The notes under the pieces: model-generated
The model's database searches: none
Seen by the model: only the letters and a program-made list of their open reading frames with translations
What the model was told of the DNA's origin: nothing
Assembly: GCA_943787785.1 (NCBI GenBank)
Contig: CALSNT010000001.1
Span: 65,423 to 129,422 of the forward strand
Origin: an uncultured Rhodobacteraceae bacterium
GTDB lineage: Bacteria; Pseudomonadota; Alphaproteobacteria; Rhodobacterales; Rhodobacteraceae
Direction of reading: 5' to 3'
Length of the DNA stretch: 64,000 bases
Translations under genes and position numbers: made by a program
Part shown: positions 39,182-48,596 of the stretch, piece after piece
How positions within the stretch are numbered: position 1 is the stretch's first letter
Layout: each line of letters begins with the position of its first letter

Positions 39182-40597
39182 TTGCCTTTGGCGTGGGATC
39201 AAAACATTGAAGCCTTGTTGGGCGTGGGTTGCCGGTTGAGCGATCATCGCAGGGGGCAGGAACTGGACCGCGACGCGTTGCTGACGCGATCTGCGAAACG
39301 CGCTGCGTGGTTGCTCGAACAAAGATGCGCCCGCGGTGATCGGATTGTGATTGCGGCGCGCGACCCATTGCAGATTGTCGTCGATCTGTTCGCCTGCTGG
39401 CAAGCCGGATTGGTCGCGGTTCTGGTGAATCCGGCGATTGTTGCGGGCGAGCGCCAGCGCGTGACGCAAGCAACCAACGCGAAGCTGTGGGTGGACGAGC
39501 AAACAGCGGAGTCCGAAACTACAGAAATAGCACTTGAGCCTTTGCATCTAAATGAACCTGCGCTGATCTTGATGACATCTGGTACAACGGGTGTGCCAAA
39601 GGGGGTCACTTTGACTCTCGAAGCGCTTCTTGCACGGGTGGGCAGCAACCGGGCGCATATCGGAGACGCGGCATTGGTGCGGACTCTGGCAGTGCTGCCG
39701 GTTTTTTTCGGGCACGGGTTGATCGGGACGATCCTGACGCCTCTGGCCGCCGGAGGGCATGTGACGCTGTGGCCGTCGCCCACGCTGGGCGAGTTGGCGC
39801 GCCTAGGCACGGTCATGGACGAGACCAAGACGACGTTCCTTAGCGGCGTTCCCAGCTTCTGGCGCATGGCTGAACGTCTGTCGCCGCCTCCAAAGACGCC
39901 GCCAACGCAGGTGCATGTCGGATCCGAGGCGCTGAGTTTGGAGTTGTGGCAGGGCATCGCCGACTGGGCCGGGACGCACAATGTGCTGAACATGTACGGG
40001 CTGACTGAGACGGCAAACTGGGTCGGCGGAGCAAGGTTGGATCAGACGGACGGTTCGACGGGGTTTGTCGGTAAGCCGTGGTTGGGAGATATCGCAGTGC
40101 TGGATGATGTCGGATCGGTGCAGAGCCTCGGAACCGGTGAGGTACTTCTACGCAGCGACGCAGTTATGACCGGCATCTGGGACGACCCGCCGGCGAGCAA
40201 GGCGGCGTTCCACGACGGTTGGCTCAGGACAGGTGATATCGGTCAGTTGGACGCGCGGGGGCTCACCCTAAAAGGGCGCCTCAAGTCCCAGATCAATCGC
40301 GCAGGTGTCAAGATATTGGCCGAAGAGGTTGAACAGATGCTGGAACGCCATCCGGACGTGGCCGAGGCGGCTGGTTATTCATTGCCCGACCAGGTGTCCG
40401 GCGAAGCCGTCGGCGCGGCGGTCGTTCTGCAGCCGGGGGCGATGATCACCCCTGAGAGCCTGCGCGACTGGTGCCGGGATGAGGTTCGCGCTGAAGCCGT
40501 GCCAACGCGGATTGCCATTCTGGACGCGCTTGTGCGAAATGACCGGGGTAAACTCATGCGCAATGCGACCCGGGATCTGGTGACCGGCTCCGGCTAA
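39182..40597 (+). CDS. ANL-superfamily adenylating enzyme (acyl/aryl-AMP ligase)
   Basis: LILMTSGTTGVPKGV, YGLTET, WLRTGDIG, GRLKSQINRAGVKI and a C-terminal catalytic Lys context NDRGKLMR. TTG start uncertain. Divergent from the PqqD operon. Confidence 0.8.
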   Translation: MPLAWDQNIEALLGVGCRLSDHRRGQELDRDALLTRSAKRAAWLLEQRCARGDRIVIAARDPLQIVVDLFACWQAGLVAVLVNPAIVAGERQRVTQATNAKLWVDEQTAESETTEIALEPLHLNEPALILMTSGTTGVPKGVTLTLEALLARVGSNRAHIGDAALVRTLAVLPVFFGHGLIGTILTPLAAGGHVTLWPSPTLGELARLGTVMDETKTTFLSGVPSFWRMAERLSPPPKTPPTQVHVGSEALSLELWQGIADWAGTHNVLNMYGLTETANWVGGARLDQTDGSTGFVGKPWLGDIAVLDDVGSVQSLGTGEVLLRSDAVMTGIWDDPPASKAAFHDGWLRTGDIGQLDARGLTLKGRLKSQINRAGVKILAEEVEQMLERHPDVAEAAGYSLPDQVSGEAVGAAVVLQPGAMITPESLRDWCRDEVRAEAVPTRIAILDALVRNDRGKLMRNATRDLVTGSG

Positions 40598-40642
40598 GCG
40601 CAGGCCGAGACGCAAAAATCTGAAAGCACGACATCTGACCCA

Positions 40643-41227
40643 ATGAGCTGGATAAACAAACCCCGAGATCCGCATTTTGATCAGGTCCTGCAGACCGACA
40701 GATTCGAATTGCGCCCGCTGACCCTATGGCGAACCTGGCGTCTCGGCGTTGCCAAATGGCTGGACGATCCGGAACTCGCCAATGCAATAACTGCGGCCCC
40801 CTTGCGCGGGTCGCAATGGCGGTTGTATCGGCTGATGTCGAAACCCAATGGTCGCACGCGATTCACCTATGGTATCTTTCCGCGAGGCTCGGACCAGCCG
40901 ATTGGAGTCGAATCCGTCCAATTGCGCAACTATCGCACGGCCAGTCTGGCGGTTCTTATTCATGACCGCGAATGGTGGGGAAAAGGGGTGGTGTCCGAGG
41001 TGCGCGGGCGTGTGATCGATCATTTGTTCGACAGCCCGCGCGTCGGTCGCATTCAGGGGCAGGTCGAAGGGCGCAATTTCGCTTCGATCTTCAACTATCG
41101 CAATCTGGGGTTTGCCCACGTGGGTACGCTGCACCAATGCACCTGGAACACTGCTGAGGATGTCCCGGCAGATCAGTTGATGTTCGAAATGATGGAAGAC
41201 GACTGGCGCAATCGGAGTGAAGCATGA
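40643..41227 (+). CDS. GNAT-family N-acyltransferase (RimJ/RimL-like)
   Basis: 194 aa. RFELRPLT..., then the acyl-CoA-binding-type segment WWGKGVVSEVRGRVIDHLF and NFASIFNYRNLGFAHVG. Confidence 0.7.
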   Translation: MSWINKPRDPHFDQVLQTDRFELRPLTLWRTWRLGVAKWLDDPELANAITAAPLRGSQWRLYRLMSKPNGRTRFTYGIFPRGSDQPIGVESVQLRNYRTASLAVLIHDREWWGKGVVSEVRGRVIDHLFDSPRVGRIQGQVEGRNFASIFNYRNLGFAHVGTLHQCTWNTAEDVPADQLMFEMMEDDWRNRSEA

Positions 41228-41439
41228 CCGCCGAAGTTGCACGGGCGCTGGTCGCCAAGGCGCTGGGCCGCGACACGATAGAGGCTGGCGATGGCCTGGC
41301 GACTTTGGCCGAATGGGACAGTCTGGGTCATATGCACATCGTTCTGGCAATTGAGGCGCAGCGGGGGGAGCGACTGACACCGGAGCAGATCGTCTCGATC
41401 GCGACAGTTGCGGACGTAGTAGCCTTGCTGGATGGCTGA
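41224..41439 (+). CDS. Acyl carrier protein-like (phosphopantetheine attachment site)
   Basis: 71 aa with LAEWDSLGHMHIVLAIE (DSL Ser motif). ATGA overlap with the GNAT gene. Confidence 0.7.
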   Translation: MTAEVARALVAKALGRDTIEAGDGLATLAEWDSLGHMHIVLAIEAQRGERLTPEQIVSIATVADVVALLDG

Positions 41440-41525
41440 TTTGGTTGACGCTGCTGGACACTGCCGGCGTGCTGAGCCATGGATTGGTGAGCCTTATACG
41501 AAATGTTTAGTAGGTGATCTGGCCC

Positions 41526-43097
41526 ATGACTGCTGACAACGATCCGCTGGATATTTTTATCATTGGTGGCGGTATCAATGGCTGCGGCATCGCGCGGGAC
41601 GCGGCGGGGCGCGGCCTGAGTGTGGCGCTGGCTGAAATGAACGACCTCGCATCGGCAACCTCATCGGCTTCGACCAAGTTGTTCCACGGCGGTCTGCGGT
41701 ATCTTGAATACCTCGAATTCAGGCTGGTGCGTGAGGCGTTGATCGAGCGGGAAAATCTGCTGAGTGCGATGCCGCATATCTCGTGGCCGATGCGCTTTGT
41801 GCTGCCTTATCACAAGGACATGCGGTTCGAGGGCGAAACGCCTGTCTCGCGCATCCTGTCCTTCGTGATGCCGTGGATGAAAGGGCGGCGGCCTGCCGCG
41901 ATGATCCGGGCAGGTCTGTTCATGTACGACCATCTAGGTGGGAGGAAAATCCTTCCGCCAACGAAGACGCTGGATCTGCGTACCGATCCGGCGGGCGGGC
42001 CGTTGCAGGATCGGTTTCTCAAGGCCTACGAATATTCCGACTGCTGGATACAGGACTCGCGGCTGGTGTCGCTCAACGCGCGCGATGCGGCGGAGCGGGG
42101 TGCCCGGGTGATGACGCGGACCAAGGTGACCTCGGCCGAGCGGGTGGGCGATCTGTGGCAGGTAACGTTGCAGCGCGAGGATGGCGGCACCGAGACGCTG
42201 AGTGCGCGCGCGCTGGTCAATGCGGGTGGCCCGTGGGTCGAAGATGTGATCCGCAACACGGTGCGCATCAACTCGACCGAAGGCGTGCGGTTGGTGCGGG
42301 GCAGTCACATCGTGGTGCCGCGGCTTTACGATCATGATCGGTGCTATTTCTTTCAGGGCACCGACGGACGGATCATTTTTGCAATTCCATATGAGGATGA
42401 TTTCACGCTGATCGGCACGACCGATCAGGATCAGGAGGGGCCGCCGGGGCCGGTGGAGATCTCCGACGGCGAGATCAAATACCTTTGTGAATTTGTCTCG
42501 GGATATTTGAAACCGCCTGTCACGCCGGAGGATGTGGTCTGGACCTATTCCGGGGTTCGGCCGCTCTATGATGACGGCGCGAAATCCGCGACGGCGGCGA
42601 CGCGGGATTACGTGTTGTCGCTAAACACGGACGGGCCCGCGCCGTTGCTGAATGTTTTTGGCGGAAAGATAACGACGTATCGCAAACTCGCCGAGCACGC
42701 TTTGGAGAAGCTGGCGGACCCTTTGGGATTTTCTGATGCGGGCTGGACGGCGCGGGTGCCTCTGCCGGGCGGCGACTTCCCGGTCGATGGCGTGGCGGCG
42801 CTGCGTTCGAAACTGCTGGCCGACTATCCGTTTCTGGGCGTGGAGCGCGTCAACCGCCTGATCCGGGTTTATGGCACCGATGCTTGGCCGATGCTGGGCG
42901 AAGCGTCCTCGGACGCCGATCTGGGGCGCGATTTTGGCGGGACCATCACCGAGGCAGAAGTGCGCTGGCTGATGGCGCACGAGTTCGCCAAGGGTGCTGA
43001 CGACGTGGTCTGGCGGCGCACCAAGCGGGGCTTGCGGATGAGCGCCGCGCAGATTGCAGCGCTTGATGAATGGATGGTTGAGGCTCGGCAGAGCTGA
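41526..43097 (+). CDS. glpD: Aerobic glycerol-3-phosphate dehydrogenase (FAD)
   Basis: DIFIIGGGINGCGIARDAAGRG dinucleotide fold, SSASTKLFHGGLRYL, about 523 aa, followed by glpK. Confidence 0.9.
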   Translation: MTADNDPLDIFIIGGGINGCGIARDAAGRGLSVALAEMNDLASATSSASTKLFHGGLRYLEYLEFRLVREALIERENLLSAMPHISWPMRFVLPYHKDMRFEGETPVSRILSFVMPWMKGRRPAAMIRAGLFMYDHLGGRKILPPTKTLDLRTDPAGGPLQDRFLKAYEYSDCWIQDSRLVSLNARDAAERGARVMTRTKVTSAERVGDLWQVTLQREDGGTETLSARALVNAGGPWVEDVIRNTVRINSTEGVRLVRGSHIVVPRLYDHDRCYFFQGTDGRIIFAIPYEDDFTLIGTTDQDQEGPPGPVEISDGEIKYLCEFVSGYLKPPVTPEDVVWTYSGVRPLYDDGAKSATAATRDYVLSLNTDGPAPLLNVFGGKITTYRKLAEHALEKLADPLGFSDAGWTARVPLPGGDFPVDGVAALRSKLLADYPFLGVERVNRLIRVYGTDAWPMLGEASSDADLGRDFGGTITEAEVRWLMAHEFAKGADDVVWRRTKRGLRMSAAQIAALDEWMVEARQS

Positions 43098-43126
43098 ATT
43101 TCTGATGGATTTTTGCGGAGGGCACC

Positions 43127-44623
43127 ATGGCCAAGCACATTCTGGCGATAGATCAGGGCACGACGTCCAGCCGGGCGATTGTATTCGATGCGGATCTGAA
43201 AATCGTCGCCTCGGCGCAGGAAGAGTTCGAGCAACATTTCCCCGCCTCGGGCTGGGTCGAGCATGATCCGGCGGACCTGTGGTCGACGGTGCAATCCACC
43301 AGCCGCGCGGCGCTGGAAAAAGCCGGTGTGGCGGCGGGCGACATCGCCGCTATCGGCATCACCAACCAGCGCGAAACCGTGGTGGTCTGGGACAAGTCGA
43401 GTGGCGAGCCGATCCATAAAGCCATCGTGTGGCAGGACCGACGCACTGCTGCGCTATGCCGCGAGTTGGTCGAGGCTGGGCACGAGCCGATGGTGACCGA
43501 GAAGACCGGGTTGCTGCTGGACCCGTATTTTTCAGGCACCAAGTTGAAGTGGCTGCTGGACGAGGTGGACGGTGCGCGGGCGCGTGCCGAGGCCGGAGAG
43601 CTTCTGTTCGGCACCGTCGACAGTTTCCTGATCTGGAAGATGACAGGTGGCGCTCGCCATGTCACAGATGCAACCAACGCGGCTCGAACTTTGCTCTACA
43701 ACGTTCGTGAGGGGCGGTGGGATGTCGAGATTTGCGATCTGCTGGGTATTCCAATGGATATGTTGCCCGCGGTGTTGGACTGCGCGGCTGATTTCGGTGT
43801 GGCTGGGGCCGACCTACTAGGGGCCGAGATACCGATTCTGGGCGTAGCCGGGGATCAGCAAGCGGCGACCGTCGGGCAGGCGTGTTTTCAGGCCGGTATG
43901 TTGAAATCGACTTACGGGACGGGGTGTTTTGCGCTGCTGAATACAGGCGACACGCTTGTGACCTCGCAAAACCGGTTGCTGGGGACAATTGCCTATCAAT
44001 TCGACGGGGTGCCGACCTATGCGCTAGAGGGCTCGATTTTCGTGGCGGGCGCTGTGGTGCAGTGGTTGCGCGATGGATTGAAGATCATCGCGGATGCGAC
44101 CGAAACTCAACCGCTGGCTGAAAGTTCGGATACCGGCCAGGACGTCGTTTTGGTGCCGGCCTTTACTGGGCTTGGTGCGCCGTATTGGCGGCCCGATTGC
44201 CGGGGAGCGGTGTATGGGCTGACGCGCAATTCCGGCCCCGCCGAATTTGCCCGCGCGGCGCTTGAAAGTGTCGGCTATCAGACGCGCGATTTGCTGGAGG
44301 CAATGCAGGCCGACTGGCAAAGAGACGAAACCACCGCCGCTCCGGTGCTGCGGGTTGATGGTGGTATGAGCGCATCTGACTGGGCAATGCAGTTCCTGTC
44401 CGACATCATTGACGCGCCGGTGGATCGACCCGAAGTGCTGGAAACCACAGCGCTGGGGGCCGCATGGCTGGCCGGGATGCGCGCAGGGATCTATCCGGAC
44501 CAGACCGGGTTCGCCGAGACCTGGGCGTTAGAGCGGCGATTCGAGCCTGAAATGGACCAAGCAACCCGTGCCGAGAAATATGACCGTTGGGGGCGGGCGG
44601 TTCAGGCCACCCTCGGGGTTTGA
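43127..44623 (+). CDS. glpK: Glycerol kinase
   Basis: [28 protein letters not shown] and GDQQAA motifs, 498 aa. Confidence 0.95.
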   Translation: MAKHILAIDQGTTSSRAIVFDADLKIVASAQEEFEQHFPASGWVEHDPADLWSTVQSTSRAALEKAGVAAGDIAAIGITNQRETVVVWDKSSGEPIHKAIVWQDRRTAALCRELVEAGHEPMVTEKTGLLLDPYFSGTKLKWLLDEVDGARARAEAGELLFGTVDSFLIWKMTGGARHVTDATNAARTLLYNVREGRWDVEICDLLGIPMDMLPAVLDCAADFGVAGADLLGAEIPILGVAGDQQAATVGQACFQAGMLKSTYGTGCFALLNTGDTLVTSQNRLLGTIAYQFDGVPTYALEGSIFVAGAVVQWLRDGLKIIADATETQPLAESSDTGQDVVLVPAFTGLGAPYWRPDCRGAVYGLTRNSGPAEFARAALESVGYQTRDLLEAMQADWQRDETTAAPVLRVDGGMSASDWAMQFLSDIIDAPVDRPEVLETTALGAAWLAGMRAGIYPDQTGFAETWALERRFEPEMDQATRAEKYDRWGRAVQATLGV

Positions 44624-44683
44624 GGCGGGCGGAGGTTTTCGGCGACAACCATAGGGGCTGCAAAGCGTGCCGGAAGCGCGTGG

Positions 44684-44718
44684 GGAAATATGCGCCTCCG
44701 GCGGGGATATTTTGGGTC
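44684..44718 (+). repeat. Intergenic repeat copy D (diverged tail)
   Basis: gcgcctccggcggGGATATTTTGGGtcAAtGAtGg, downstream of glpK. Confidence 0.45.
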
Positions 44719-44733
44719 AATGATGGCTGTAGT

Positions 44734-45183
44734 CTATTGCGCTGCGGATTTGTAGCGGTCGCACAGGACGAACTCCCAGCCGGTTGAATAGTGGCCGCGG
44801 GAGGCTTGCGCGGGTTCCGGGATTGCATCCCACCCGTCGTGGATCAGGGTTACGCGGGTTCCGTCGTCTTCGGCGTCGAAGGTGATGGTGAGGTAGGTGA
44901 CCTCATCCTCGGGGCGGTCCAGCTGCCAGGTCATGGCGAAGGCCTTGCCGGGCTGCCAGGTGACGACTTTGCCCCAGACAACCGTGGTGCCGTTATGCTT
45001 GGTCTCGGTCACGTCGCCGCCAACTTTTGGCGTGATCGCAACGTCTTGCGCGACCTTGCCGTCACCTGCGGACAACGAGTGTTTGTCTAGCGGCCACCAG
45101 CTGGCCATGCGGTTGGTGAACAGATCGAAGGCGCGATCCGGGGGTAGTGGCACCACAAGGGTCTTTTCAATCGGATCGGTCAT
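44734..45183 (-). CDS. SRPBCC/AHSA1-family protein
   Basis: 149 aa. The pattern ...RAFDLFTNRMASWWP...WGKVVTWQPGKAFAMTW...TRVTLIHDGWD is typical of Aha1-like SRPBCC proteins paired with ArsR regulators. Confidence 0.75.
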   Translation of the reverse strand: MTDPIEKTLVVPLPPDRAFDLFTNRMASWWPLDKHSLSAGDGKVAQDVAITPKVGGDVTETKHNGTTVVWGKVVTWQPGKAFAMTWQLDRPEDEVTYLTITFDAEDDGTRVTLIHDGWDAIPEPAQASRGHYSTGWEFVLCDRYKSAAQ

Positions 45184-45499
45184 TTGGCGTTCCTTCCTTG
45201 GCGAGATCGTGGGCAGCGCGGGAGAAGGCGCCGCGCGCGTCGTCCCACAGCGAGTTCATCCAGTCGCGCAAATCGCGCATCCTGTCGGGGCTAAGTGCAT
45301 AGATGCGGCGCGTTCCGTTGGGCGTGACGCTTAACAAGCCAGCATCGCTCAGCACTTTCAGATGCTGGGATATGGCGGGGCGGCTGATCGGAAACCCCTC
45401 GGCCAGACGGGCGACGTTTTGCGGCCCCAGGCGCAGGCGCTGGATGATCGCCTGTCGGGTCGGATCGGACAATGCGGCGAGTTCTTTTTCGTAAGGCAT
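45167..45499 (-). CDS. ArsR/SmtB-family transcriptional regulator
   Basis: LSDPTRQAIIQRLRLGPQNVARLAEGFPISRPAISQHLKVLSDAGLL wHTH. It overlaps the downstream SRPBCC gene. Confidence 0.9.
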   Translation of the reverse strand: MPYEKELAALSDPTRQAIIQRLRLGPQNVARLAEGFPISRPAISQHLKVLSDAGLLSVTPNGTRRIYALSPDRMRDLRDWMNSLWDDARGAFSRAAHDLAKEGTPNDRSD

Positions 45500-45524
45500 A
45501 TCTTACCGTAAGTAAAGCCTTACG
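45490..45524. promoter_or_regulatory. Nested inverted repeats at the arsR-family start: likely autoregulatory operator
   Basis: CGTAAGG (45490-45496) pairs with CCTTACG (45518-45524). The central near-palindrome is CTTACCGTAAG (45502-45512). Confidence 0.4.
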
Positions 45525-45555
45525 AAAGAGTCAAGACGATTTATCTGGTGCCGCC

Positions 45556-45585
45556 CTTGCAGCCCCTTTAACGCGACCCTAAGAT
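45556..45585 (+). promoter_or_regulatory. Possible RpoH (sigma-32)-type promoter of clpP
   Basis: CTTG-N18-CCTAAGA compared with the alphaproteobacterial CTTG-N17/18-CYTATNT consensus (5 of 7 in the -10 element), about 45 nt upstream of the clpP ATG. Confidence 0.25.
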
Positions 45586-45630
45586 CCTTAGGACAACAGC
45601 AAATCACCCAAATTGCAGGCAGGCCCCCCG

Positions 45631-46260
45631 ATGAGAGACCCAGTAGAAACTTACATGAACCTTGTTCCGATGGTGGTCGAACAGACCAGCCGGGGCGAGC
45701 GCGCCTATGACATCTTCTCGCGCCTGCTGAAGGAGCGGATCGTTTTCATCAACGGCCCGATCCATGATGGCATGTCGCATCTGATCGTTGCCCAACTGCT
45801 GCATCTTGAGGCGGAAAACCCGTCCAAGGAAATCAGCATGTACATCAACTCACCCGGTGGTGTGGTGACGTCGGGCCTCTCGATTTACGACACAATGCAG
45901 TACATCAAGCCGAAAGTATCGACCTTGGTGATGGGAATGGCGGCCTCGATGGGGTCGTTGCTGTCGGTCGCAGGTGAGAAGGGCATGCGGTTCTCGCTCC
46001 CGAATGCCCAGATCATGGTGCATCAGCCTTCTGGTGGGTTTCAGGGGCAGGCCACGGACATCCTGATCCATGCGGAAAACACGATGAAGCTGCGTGAGCG
46101 GATGTACGGCCTTTATGTCAAGCACACAGGCCAGACGATGAAAAACGTCGAAAAGGCGCTGGAACGGGATCGTTTCATGACCCCGGAAGAAGCGTTGGAA
46201 TGGGGCCACATTGACGAGATCGTCGAAAGTCGCGGCAAGCTTGAAGATGACAAGAAATAG
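45631..46260 (+). CDS. clpP: ATP-dependent Clp protease proteolytic subunit
   Basis: [36 protein letters not shown] (active-site Ser) and IMVHQP (His). Confidence 0.95.
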   Translation: MRDPVETYMNLVPMVVEQTSRGERAYDIFSRLLKERIVFINGPIHDGMSHLIVAQLLHLEAENPSKEISMYINSPGGVVTSGLSIYDTMQYIKPKVSTLVMGMAASMGSLLSVAGEKGMRFSLPNAQIMVHQPSGGFQGQATDILIHAENTMKLRERMYGLYVKHTGQTMKNVEKALERDRFMTPEEALEWGHIDEIVESRGKLEDDKK

Positions 46261-46411
46261 GCCGGTTTTTGCGCGGAATCCCTATGTCGCAACTGTGTCG
46301 GATACTGTGCACTTTCGCATTGTGCCCGACTTTGGGCTGTTTTAGGCTTGCCGGCGACGTTTCTGGCCCGAAGTTTTGCCGTGTCCGCGGCGGTTTTCAA
46401 AGGATCAATTG

Positions 46412-47674
46412 ATGGCAAACCAGTCGGGCGGTGACAGCAAGAACACCCTCTATTGCTCGTTCTGCGGCAAATCTCAGCATGAGGTTCGCAAACTTATCGC
46501 CGGACCGACCGTGTTCATCTGCGATGAATGCGTTGAACTGTGCATGGATATCATCCGCGAGGAAACGAAGGCCTCGGGTCTGAAATCCGGCGACGGGGTG
46601 CCGACGCCGACCGAGATTTGCGAGGTGCTGGACGATTATGTGATCGGTCAGGCCCATGCCAAGCGGGTGCTGTCGGTGGCGGTTCACAACCACTACAAGC
46701 GCCTGAACCACGCGGATAAGTCAGATATCGAGTTGGCGAAATCCAACATCATGCTGATCGGTCCCACAGGCTGCGGCAAGACGCTGCTGGCGCAGACGCT
46801 GGCGCGGATTCTGGATGTGCCGTTCACGATGGCCGATGCGACCACCCTGACCGAAGCCGGTTATGTGGGTGAGGATGTTGAGAATATCATTCTGAAGCTG
46901 TTGCAGGCATCCGAATACAACGTCGAACGTGCGCAGCGCGGAATCGTCTATATCGACGAGGTCGACAAGATTACGCGCAAATCTGACAATCCGTCGATCA
47001 CCCGCGATGTGTCGGGCGAAGGCGTGCAGCAGGCTTTGCTGAAGATCATGGAAGGCACGGTCGCTTCGGTGCCGCCGCAGGGCGGACGCAAACATCCTCA
47101 GCAGGAATTCCTGCAGGTCGATACGACAAATATCCTGTTCATCTGTGGTGGCGCATTTGCAGGGCTTGAGAAGATCATCGCGGCGCGTGGCAAAGGCTCG
47201 GCGATCGGATTTGGGGCCGATGTGAAGGAAGAGGATTCCAAGGGCGTTGGTGAGATGTTCATGGAACTGGAGCCCGAAGATCTGCTGAAATTCGGTCTGA
47301 TCCCCGAATTCGTAGGTCGCTTGCCGGTGATTGCCACTTTGCAGGACCTGGACGAAGACGCGCTGGTCACGATCCTGACCAAGCCGAAGAATGCGCTGGT
47401 CAAACAGTACCAGCGCTTGTTCGAGCTTGAGGACACGGACCTTAACTTTACCGACGACGCACTTGCTGCAATCGCCAAGCGTGCGATCGATCGCAAGACT
47501 GGCGCGCGGGGATTGCGTTCGATCATGGAGGACATCCTGCTGGACACGATGTTCGATCTGCCGGGGCAGGAAAGCGTCAAGGAAGTCGTGGTGAATGTCG
47601 AGGCTGTGACCTCAGACGCTGCGCCGCTGATGATCCATGTCGAAGCCGACAAGGAAAGCGCCAGCGCGGGCTGA
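46412..47674 (+). CDS. clpX: ATP-dependent Clp protease ATP-binding subunit ClpX
   Basis: Zn-binding motif [11 protein letters not shown]...ICDECV and Walker A GPTGCGKT. Start taken at MANQSGG. Confidence 0.95.
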   Translation: MANQSGGDSKNTLYCSFCGKSQHEVRKLIAGPTVFICDECVELCMDIIREETKASGLKSGDGVPTPTEICEVLDDYVIGQAHAKRVLSVAVHNHYKRLNHADKSDIELAKSNIMLIGPTGCGKTLLAQTLARILDVPFTMADATTLTEAGYVGEDVENIILKLLQASEYNVERAQRGIVYIDEVDKITRKSDNPSITRDVSGEGVQQALLKIMEGTVASVPPQGGRKHPQQEFLQVDTTNILFICGGAFAGLEKIIAARGKGSAIGFGADVKEEDSKGVGEMFMELEPEDLLKFGLIPEFVGRLPVIATLQDLDEDALVTILTKPKNALVKQYQRLFELEDTDLNFTDDALAAIAKRAIDRKTGARGLRSIMEDILLDTMFDLPGQESVKEVVVNVEAVTSDAAPLMIHVEADKESASAG

Positions 47675-47755
47675 GCATCGCGCAGCGGTTCGGCATTGCT
47701 GGACCTTCGGGTCCGGCTGCGCCATATCTTCATTGGTTCTAGTGGAGGCCTTCCG

Positions 47756-48139
47756 ATGGGCATCGTCAAATCAGTTCTGCGTCTGGCCACGTGGTGGAAT
47801 GGGTCCACTCTTGGCACTTGGCTGTTTACCGCCCTCAAAGGTCGCAAGGTTGGCGAGGACGCCGCCGGGAACGTATTTTATACCTCAAGAAACGGACAGC
47901 GCCGCTGGGTGATCTATAACGGCGAGCCTGAAGCGAGCCGTGTCTCGCCGGATTGGCATGGCTGGCTGCACCACACCTGGGACGAAACGCCGACAGTTAA
48001 ACCACTGGCGCACAAAGCGTGGGAGCAACCGCATCAGGTGAACCTGACCGGATCGGCGGCTGCCTATGCGCCTTCAGGGTCGATCAGGCGCGCCGCACCA
48101 GCGGACCGCGCTGATTACGAGGCCTGGCAACCGGAGTAA
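47756..48139 (+). CDS. NDUFA12-family (NADH:ubiquinone oxidoreductase 17.2 kDa subunit-like) protein
   Basis: [13 protein letters not shown]...GNVFY...RRWVIYNG...[16 protein letters not shown]. Confidence 0.85.
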   Translation: MGIVKSVLRLATWWNGSTLGTWLFTALKGRKVGEDAAGNVFYTSRNGQRRWVIYNGEPEASRVSPDWHGWLHHTWDETPTVKPLAHKAWEQPHQVNLTGSAAAYAPSGSIRRAAPADRADYEAWQPE

Positions 48140-48143
48140 CCAC

Positions 48144-48596
48144 ATGGCCGAGGACGTCACAGAACTGCTGACCGGAGGTGTCGTGATCGCAGCGGCAGCC
48201 GGATTTTTGCTCTACACGGCGCAGACGGCGGGGATCGGGGCAGGACAATCGGGAGCCTATCCTCTGACGGCCTCGTTCCGTTCGATCGAAGGGGTGCAGG
48301 TTGGCACCGATGTTCGGTTGGCTGGCGTCAAGGTGGGGGCCGTAAGCGGATTGGAGTTGAACCCCGAGACGTTCCGCGCCGATGCAACATTCGCAATTCG
48401 CGATGGGGTGGACCTGCCGATCGATACAGCAGCAATTGTTGCCTCGGAGGGGTTGCTGGGTGGCAATTATATCGAGCTTTTGCCGGGTGGCATGCTCGAT
48501 ACCTTCACGGCGGGAGATGAGATTGAGGACACACAGTCCAGTGTCAGCCTGATGAACCTGCTGCTGAAATTCGTCAGCGGAAGTGACGAAGAATGA
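48144..48596 (+). CDS. MlaD-family (MCE domain) protein
   Basis: N-terminal TM segment plus GVQVGTDVRLAGVKVGAVSGLEL...ASEGLLGGNYIELLPG. Confidence 0.8.
   Translation: MAEDVTELLTGGVVIAAAAGFLLYTAQTAGIGAGQSGAYPLTASFRSIEGVQVGTDVRLAGVKVGAVSGLELNPETFRADATFAIRDGVDLPIDTAAIVASEGLLGGNYIELLPGGMLDTFTAGDEIEDTQSSVSLMNLLLKFVSGSDEE

Noticed and set aside
39078-39473. Upstream in-frame extension of the PqqD ORF (the 227-aa version 38790..39473) and the 151-aa ORF 39092..39547
   Set aside because: The extensions are Arg/Pro-rich and overlap the divergent ligase gene. The PqqD domain begins at MTQIAD, which has a good RBS. Only the last 21 codons of 39092..39547 were kept, as a low-confidence candidate.
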